Shown here piece by piece: positions 58,298 to 64,000 of a stretch of DNA of 64,000 nt. Within the stretch, counting starts at the first letter, position 1. Each line of letters begins with the position of its first letter. Origin of the DNA: an uncultured Candidatus Actinomarina sp. GTDB taxonomy: Bacteria > Actinomycetota > Acidimicrobiia > Actinomarinales > Actinomarinaceae. Below the pieces are notes generated by a model that was not told where the DNA came from, ran no database searches, and was given only the letters and a program-made list of their open reading frames with translations. A program made the position numbers and the translations under genes. The DNA lies in the NCBI GenBank assembly GCA_902634185.1, contig CACPJC010000004.1, forward strand, positions 1-64,000. The letters are read 5' to 3'.

Positions 58298-59653
58298 TTG
58301 TTTGCTGATGTAGAAATAATCTCAAATAACACATATAAGTTTCAACTTTTTACATATTCAGTACCTACAAATCTATCTAATAAAATTGATATTGGTTCAA
58401 TAGTTTCAGTGAATTTTAGAAATAGAAAGAAAACTGCTGTTGTTGTAAATATACATAATAAAGATTTAAAAATCAAAACTTTAAAACCTGTTGAAAGGAT
58501 TATTAGTAAGTTAGATCAAGATCAGTTACTTTTTTTAAAACACGTTGCAGTTTCTTATTATTTAAATATTGGTTTTTTAATATTCAATCTATATAAGGAT
58601 ATGAATTTTAAATTAGATAGAAAGATTAAAAATAGTTCATTAAGTATTTATAACAATACAGAAATAGACAAAGTGTTATCCACTAATTCTAAAAATATAA
58701 TCTTTACTCCTTCTTTAAAAGCAACTAAAAATTTATATAAAAATCTATCAGAAAAAGGAATAAAAATAAATTTTTATCAAAAAACAGGTGGCAAAGAGGA
58801 AATCCAAAACGCATTAAGTACAGTTAATAAATTTAACAATTGCATATTACTTGCGAATAATTTTATGAAAATAAAACCACAATCAACTTCAAATTACCAT
58901 TTTTTTGATACCAATGATTATTCTTACAATTTACCAAAATTTAATTCTCTAAACATTATTGAATTGTCAGTACTTAAAAATAAGTACTTTGGAGGAAATT
59001 ATCATTATTACAATGAGTACCCATCTCTAAATTACTTCAATAAAATTAAAAATTATAAAACACCTGATCTAAGTAATGTAGAAATTTATCATGGAAACTC
59101 TTTACAAGATTGTATTGAATTATTTAAAACAAAGCATACTGATAAAAATTTAAAATTATTTTTTCACGACGAGATTCTAAATGAATTACTTAATGATTAC
59201 AAAACTGTAAAAAGTGAGAATGATTTATACGATTTAAATTTATTAGTAAACCCAACAATATCTTTTAAAGGTAAATTGAATTCTGAGCGTTTAATTTTTC
59301 TGTTACGACAAATAGAAAGATCGAAGCGAAATGATAGTATAACGATCATACTTACAACAAAAAATATAAACTTAAAAGAATCCTTAAAGAATTCAAATAT
59401 AACAAAATGGAGCAAAGAAGAGCTAGTATCTAGAAATAAATGGGGACCAAACCTTAATCATAAAGTTTTTAAATTTTCATCTGATTCAATAATTAAATAT
59501 GAAAATGAATATATTTTAGGACCTAAAAAGGTTGATAATTCATATGAATACGAAATCAATATAAATTTATCAAAAGATACTAATTACAATGAAATTACAA
59601 ATATGTATTCAAAACTACTACAGTATGAACCAAGAAAAGTTATTTCTATATGA
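58298..59653 (+). CDS. Highly degenerate PriA-like protein (only the N-terminal 3'-DNA-binding domain is recognisable)
   Basis: FTYSVP..IGSIVSVNFRNRK..AVV..LKPV..YY; PriA locus position; no Walker or CxxC motifs seen. Confidence 0.55.
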   Translation: MFADVEIISNNTYKFQLFTYSVPTNLSNKIDIGSIVSVNFRNRKKTAVVVNIHNKDLKIKTLKPVERIISKLDQDQLLFLKHVAVSYYLNIGFLIFNLYKDMNFKLDRKIKNSSLSIYNNTEIDKVLSTNSKNIIFTPSLKATKNLYKNLSEKGIKINFYQKTGGKEEIQNALSTVNKFNNCILLANNFMKIKPQSTSNYHFFDTNDYSYNLPKFNSLNIIELSVLKNKYFGGNYHYYNEYPSLNYFNKIKNYKTPDLSNVEIYHGNSLQDCIELFKTKHTDKNLKLFFHDEILNELLNDYKTVKSENDLYDLNLLVNPTISFKGKLNSERLIFLLRQIERSKRNDSITIILTTKNINLKESLKNSNITKWSKEELVSRNKWGPNLNHKVFKFSSDSIIKYENEYILGPKKVDNSYEYEININLSKDTNYNEITNMYSKLLQYEPRKVISI

Positions 59654-60147
59654 TGAATGAAATTGTAACTTTTGGTCACCCATCCCTTAAATCTAAATCA
59701 GTAAATATAACTAAATTTGATGAAGCACTAAAAAAATTATCAGAAAGAATGATAAAGATTATGTATGAGGCACCTGGAGTAGGTCTAGCAGCTCCACAAA
59801 TTGGTATAAATAAAAATATTTTTGTTTTTGATGCTGGAGAAGGTCCGAACGTAGCAGTCAATCCAAAGAAAATCGAAGTTGAGGGTTCTGCAGTATTTTT
59901 AGAGGGATGTCTTTCATTACCTGGTTATTATTGGGAAATTGAAAGACCAGAATATTCAAAAATCTACTGTCAAGATATAAACGGTGAAGATATTACATAT
60001 GAAGGGGAAGAGCTTATGGGTAGAGTTCTCCAACATGAATATGACCATTTAAAAGGCAAGCTTTTATTATCATCTTTACCTAGAAAAGAGAGAAAAGAAG
60101 CAATTAAAAAAATTGCACTAAATGGGTTTCCAGGAAATGACTTATAA
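59650..60147 (+). CDS. def: Peptide deformylase
   Basis: GVGLAAPQIG, EGCLS, QHEYDHL. Confidence 0.96.
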   Translation: MMNEIVTFGHPSLKSKSVNITKFDEALKKLSERMIKIMYEAPGVGLAAPQIGINKNIFVFDAGEGPNVAVNPKKIEVEGSAVFLEGCLSLPGYYWEIERPEYSKIYCQDINGEDITYEGEELMGRVLQHEYDHLKGKLLLSSLPRKERKEAIKKIALNGFPGNDL

Positions 60148-60949
60148 GTATTTTTTTGGTAGTGACAACAGGAGTATTCCTTACTTAAATACATTGATAG
60201 ATAATTACGATTCAATAAAAGTCGTGACAACAGAGCCTCGGAATACTGGCCGTGGTAGGAAGATTTTATATAATCCGGTTGAAGGTTATTGCAGGAGAAA
60301 TAATGTTGAATTTTCTTACTTTTCTAATTCAAAATATTATGACGATATGGATTTTGGTATCTGCGTAAGTTTTGGTTCTATTTTTTCAAACGATTTTCTA
60401 AATAAACATCCTTCTATATTCAATATTCATTTAAGTATATTGCCTAATCTAGTCGGTCCATCCCCAGTTGAAACAACAATATTAAATGGCGATACACTAT
60501 TTGGATATACCATTTTTAAGATTATTAATGAGGTCGATAGAGGTCCGATACTTTTTAAAAATCAAATTGATATTGTTAACAATTATTCATCAAATGTATA
60601 TCAAGAATTATCTGAAGATTTTAAAATAAATTTTAACAGCATCGACTTTAATTCATCATTGAAAGATCAAGTGGGTGAAGTAACTAGAAGTTATAAATTC
60701 ACCAAAAATGATTATTTAATAAGTAAAGAAGATACGCTAATCATTGCAAAAAATAAAATAAAAGCTTTTGATGTTTTAGGTCCTGCTTTTATTAAATACG
60801 ATTCAAAAATAATTAAAATCCATAAATATACTGAGAATAATTCAACTTTTACATATGAATTAAAAGATGGACTCTTATATTTAGATGAAATAACACCTGA
60901 AGGGAAAAAAAGAATGAAAGCAAATGATTATATGCGTGGTCTTCAATGA
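60137..60949 (+). CDS. fmt: Methionyl-tRNA formyltransferase (divergent)
   Basis: FFGS, VVT.EP..GRG, NIHLSILP..GPSP, D.GPI, PEGKKRM. Confidence 0.85.
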   Translation: MTYKYFFGSDNRSIPYLNTLIDNYDSIKVVTTEPRNTGRGRKILYNPVEGYCRRNNVEFSYFSNSKYYDDMDFGICVSFGSIFSNDFLNKHPSIFNIHLSILPNLVGPSPVETTILNGDTLFGYTIFKIINEVDRGPILFKNQIDIVNNYSSNVYQELSEDFKINFNSIDFNSSLKDQVGEVTRSYKFTKNDYLISKEDTLIIAKNKIKAFDVLGPAFIKYDSKIIKIHKYTENNSTFTYELKDGLLYLDEITPEGKKRMKANDYMRGLQ

Positions 60950-61536
60950 AAATATCAGCAAGTATTCAGGCATCAAATATATATAATCTTCTTGATGAAT
61001 TAGAAAACTACAAAGATAGTTTTGATCAATTACATGTAGATATTACAGACGGTAATTTCACAGATAATATTTCACTACCAGTTGCAATTATTGAGTACAT
61101 CAAAACTAACACAGAATATGTTGTAGATACACATTTGATGTTAAATAACAACGAATTATTTACTAGCAAAGCGTTTGAATTTGGCTCAGATATAGTAACG
61201 GTACATTGTGAAACAACGTCAGCTGAATTATTTAGTTCACTAGTGAATAAACACAATAACGTTGGAATAGGTATATTACCGAGTACAGATATAAATGTTT
61301 TATCTGATTATATTGATAATGCACATAGCGTATTGTTGCTTACAGTAAATCCGGGATTCTCTAATCAAAGTAAAGCAGTAAATTTATTAGATAGAGTTAC
61401 TGAATTTAAAAATACTTATCCTAATTACTCTAATTTATTAATTGTTGATGGAGGGGTTAAAAATGAAGAACTTCAAACCTTGAGGGATTTAAAAGTTGAT
61501 ATAGCTGTTCAGGGAGGAGCTATATTTGCTAAATAG
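60946..61536 (+). CDS. rpe: Ribulose-phosphate 3-epimerase
   Basis: LHVDITDGNF, DTHLM, TVH.E, TVNPGF, VDGGV. Confidence 0.92.
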   Translation: MKISASIQASNIYNLLDELENYKDSFDQLHVDITDGNFTDNISLPVAIIEYIKTNTEYVVDTHLMLNNNELFTSKAFEFGSDIVTVHCETTSAELFSSLVNKHNNVGIGILPSTDINVLSDYIDNAHSVLLLTVNPGFSNQSKAVNLLDRVTEFKNTYPNYSNLLIVDGGVKNEELQTLRDLKVDIAVQGGAIFAK

Positions 61537-62509
61537 TCTTCAATATCTCAATTTTTCTGAGCATATGATTGAAGCAATTAAATTTGCACTTAGATATGAT
61601 CCATCTCCAAATCCAAGAGTCGGTGCTGTGCTGGTTGATAAAAATAATAAAATAAAAAAGATAACTGCACATAAAGAGAAAGGTAAGGATCATGCTGAAT
61701 ATAATCTATTTAAAAATTCAGATATTACAGAAAATGATACTTTATATATTACATTAGAACCTTGTTTTCATGATGACACCTCACCATCTTGCGCAATTGC
61801 TGTTTTGGAAACAAATGTACAAAATATAGTTGTTGGGGATATAGATCGTGATGAAAGAACTAATGGTAAAGGTATCGAACTTTTAAAGAACAATGATTTG
61901 AATGTATCGATTGAAAATGGCGTAAATGATTTTTTAAATCCTGGATACAAAATCAAAAATGATAAACCATATCTCATTGGTAAAGTAGCAACCTCAGCAG
62001 ATCATATAATGTACAATGAAAAAAAGAAGTATATTACAAATAAAAATTCATTAGAAATTAGTCATTATTTAAGAGCAACAGTTGACTCCGTCATAATTGG
62101 AAAAAATACATTAAAAATTGACAAACCAAAGTTGAATGTACGTCTAGATTATGAATATAAAAATCCTCAACCAGTTGTTTTGTGGGGAAATGACACTAAA
62201 GAATTAAATAAATATTCTAGTTTATTTAATAATTTTATATTTTATGTTGAAAATGATGAAGATTCATTTAGTAGCTTTTTAGAGAGACATTCTATAAAAA
62301 GTGGACTAGTTGAAGGTGGTAATTCTATTTTGTCTTATTTTTTAAATGAAGATATGATTGATGAATTTTATTATTTCAAGTCATCAGATAGCCTTGAAAG
62401 TGGATTAAAAATTGATAAAACAATTGAGGAATATATCAGTAATAACTTTCAATCTATTCAAGAATATCCCATTATTGATAATCTATTAACTACTTATACT
62501 AATAAGTAA
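61526..62509 (+). CDS. ribD: Riboflavin biosynthesis deaminase/reductase
   Basis: SPNPRVGA, HAE, TLEPC..SPSC, D.PKLNVR, VEGG. Confidence 0.88.
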   Translation: MLNSLQYLNFSEHMIEAIKFALRYDPSPNPRVGAVLVDKNNKIKKITAHKEKGKDHAEYNLFKNSDITENDTLYITLEPCFHDDTSPSCAIAVLETNVQNIVVGDIDRDERTNGKGIELLKNNDLNVSIENGVNDFLNPGYKIKNDKPYLIGKVATSADHIMYNEKKKYITNKNSLEISHYLRATVDSVIIGKNTLKIDKPKLNVRLDYEYKNPQPVVLWGNDTKELNKYSSLFNNFIFYVENDEDSFSSFLERHSIKSGLVEGGNSILSYFLNEDMIDEFYYFKSSDSLESGLKIDKTIEEYISNNFQSIQEYPIIDNLLTTYTNK

Positions 62510-63087
62510 TGTTTACTGGAATTATTAATTCGATTGGCAATATTGAATCAAGAAATATTGATGAAATACAAATAAGTACAGATAATGATTTATATCATGG
62601 TTTGGAACCAGGTACTAGTATTTCCATAGATGGCATGTGTCTTACATTAAGGGATTACAAGGATGATTTCTTAAATTTTCAAGTATCTGAAGAAACATTC
62701 AATAGAACCGTGGCTAAAGAATATGAGAAGGATGTTAAAACAAATTTAGAACTTCCCGCTACTTTAACTACTTTCTTGAGTGGACATATAGTACAAGGAC
62801 ATGTTGATAATACATCTGTTGTAACAAACATAGTTGAAAACGATAATAATCTTTGGACATATCATTTTAAAAATACGGATACAAGATATATAGTTGATAA
62901 AGGTTCTGTAACAATAAATGGTATATCTTTAACTGTTGTTAATCCCAATAAAGACGAGTTTAGTGTCGCAGTTATAAACGAGACATACCAAAGGACAAAT
63001 TTAAAGTACCTTAAAACCGGATCGATAGTTAACATTGAATATGACATACTTGCTAAATATATGGAAAGAATGATAAATGATAAGTGA
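62509..63087 (+). CDS. ribE: Riboflavin synthase
   Basis: MFTGII, GMCLT, GHIVQGHVD, KGSVTINGISLT. Confidence 0.95.
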   Translation: MFTGIINSIGNIESRNIDEIQISTDNDLYHGLEPGTSISIDGMCLTLRDYKDDFLNFQVSEETFNRTVAKEYEKDVKTNLELPATLTTFLSGHIVQGHVDNTSVVTNIVENDNNLWTYHFKNTDTRYIVDKGSVTINGISLTVVNPNKDEFSVAVINETYQRTNLKYLKTGSIVNIEYDILAKYMERMINDK

Positions 63088-64000
63088 CATAGAAGTAATT
63101 ATCGAAAAATTTAAAAGAGGTGAGATGGTCATTCTCGTTGACGATGAAGACAGAGAGAATGAGGGTGACTTAATTGTATCTTCACAGTACTTAACACCTG
63201 AACATATTAACTTTATGATAACTTATGCAAAGGGTCTTGTGTGCGCGCCAATCGCAAAAGATGTAGCAACAAAGTTAAAACTTTCATTAATGCAGGGTAT
63301 TGATAATGAAGAAGATACACAATTTACAACTTCAGTCGATCTAATGGGAGATGGGGTTTCAACAGGAATTTCAGCAGATGATAGATTTAAAACAATAAAA
63401 GGTCTTAGTGATCCAAATGCTACTAGACAAGATTTTAAAGTTCCAGGTCACGTCTTCCCTTTGCAGGCAATGGATGGAGGAGTATTAAGACGTGCTGGTC
63501 ATACTGAAGCAGCTGTAGACTTATGTTTACTCGCTGATCATTATCCGGTAGCTGTTATTTGTGAAATAATAAATGATGATGGTTCAATGGCACGCATTGA
63601 CGATTTAGTAAATTTTTCGAAAAAACACGATGTAGCTATTGGAACTATTAAAGACTTAATCGAGTACAAGTTGAAATTAACAAATCCTGTATCTTTTGTA
63701 TCTAAAGCAAAAGTGCCAACTGAATTTGGTGAATTTACGGCTCATGTTTACAAAGACAATAATGATAATACTGAGCATATTGCACTGACATATGAAAATT
63801 ACTTAGAAGGTGAGTCTTCAATGGTAAGAGTACATTCAGAGTGTTTAACAGGTGATGTATTTAGTTCAAATAAATGTGACTGTGGATACCAGTTGGATAG
63901 TGCATTAGAAACTATTGTAAATAATGGTTCCGGTGTTCTGCTCTACATGAGAGGACACGAAGGAAGGGGAATAGGTTTAGGAAATAAGATTAAAGCATAC
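63077..64000 (+). CDS. ribBA: Bifunctional DHBP synthase/GTP cyclohydrolase II (runs off the window)
   Basis: Hand translation: MISDIEV..VDDEDRENEGD, PGHVFPL, RAGHTEA, RVHSECLTGD..CDCG, EGRGIGL. Confidence 0.93.
   Translation, partial: MISDIEVIIEKFKRGEMVILVDDEDRENEGDLIVSSQYLTPEHINFMITYAKGLVCAPIAKDVATKLKLSLMQGIDNEEDTQFTTSVDLMGDGVSTGISADDRFKTIKGLSDPNATRQDFKVPGHVFPLQAMDGGVLRRAGHTEAAVDLCLLADHYPVAVICEIINDDGSMARIDDLVNFSKKHDVAIGTIKDLIEYKLKLTNPVSFVSKAKVPTEFGEFTAHVYKDNNDNTEHIALTYENYLEGESSMVRVHSECLTGDVFSSNKCDCGYQLDSALETIVNNGSGVLLYMRGHEGRGIGLGNKIKAY

Noticed and set aside
61500-61570. Possible FMN riboswitch ahead of the rib operon
   Set aside because: ribD overlaps rpe, leaving no non-coding space
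1-64000. tRNA, rRNA, IS elements, integrase, prophage or defence operons
   Set aside because: None recognised by eye; the remaining short nested ORFs in the track are antisense or alternate-frame shadows of well-supported genes

Overview
Very AT-rich, densely packed bacterial chromosome segment. Gene order is actinobacterial (thrS-pgsA-acyltransferase-pimA-pdxST-yebC...secDF-rel-hisS-aspS-alaS-yqgF-mltG-efp-nusB-mIHF-gmk-rpoZ-coaBC-priA-def-fmt-rpe-rib), so a streamlined marine actinobacterium such as 'Ca. Actinomarina' is likely (inference, not searched). Positions 1-33.5 kb are accessory/metabolic: a phosphorus-scavenging island, luciferase-like oxidoreductases, glpK-GH1, glycine cleavage and tandem DUF3048 genes. 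Positions 33.5-64 kb are core genes with many neighbours missing. Highlights: (1) a phage/archaeal Hjc-type nuclease occupies the ruvC-ruvA-ruvB position; (2) three promoters share 11-bp-period GTTTAY-like boxes ending 10 nt before a -10 hexamer (PHO-box geometry) and drive phnDCEE plus a histidine phosphatase, a secreted choice-of-anchor-I protein, and an unannotated 52-aa Zn-ribbon ORF whose 3' end folds into a long hairpin with an anti-SD loop; (3) two tiny stand-alone sRNA candidates and an AGGA-loop structured RNA; (4) an ORF-track-missed membrane protein starting with an IF2 N-terminal-like domain; (5) widespread leaderless gene starts. All family calls come from motif recognition by eye, with no database searches.
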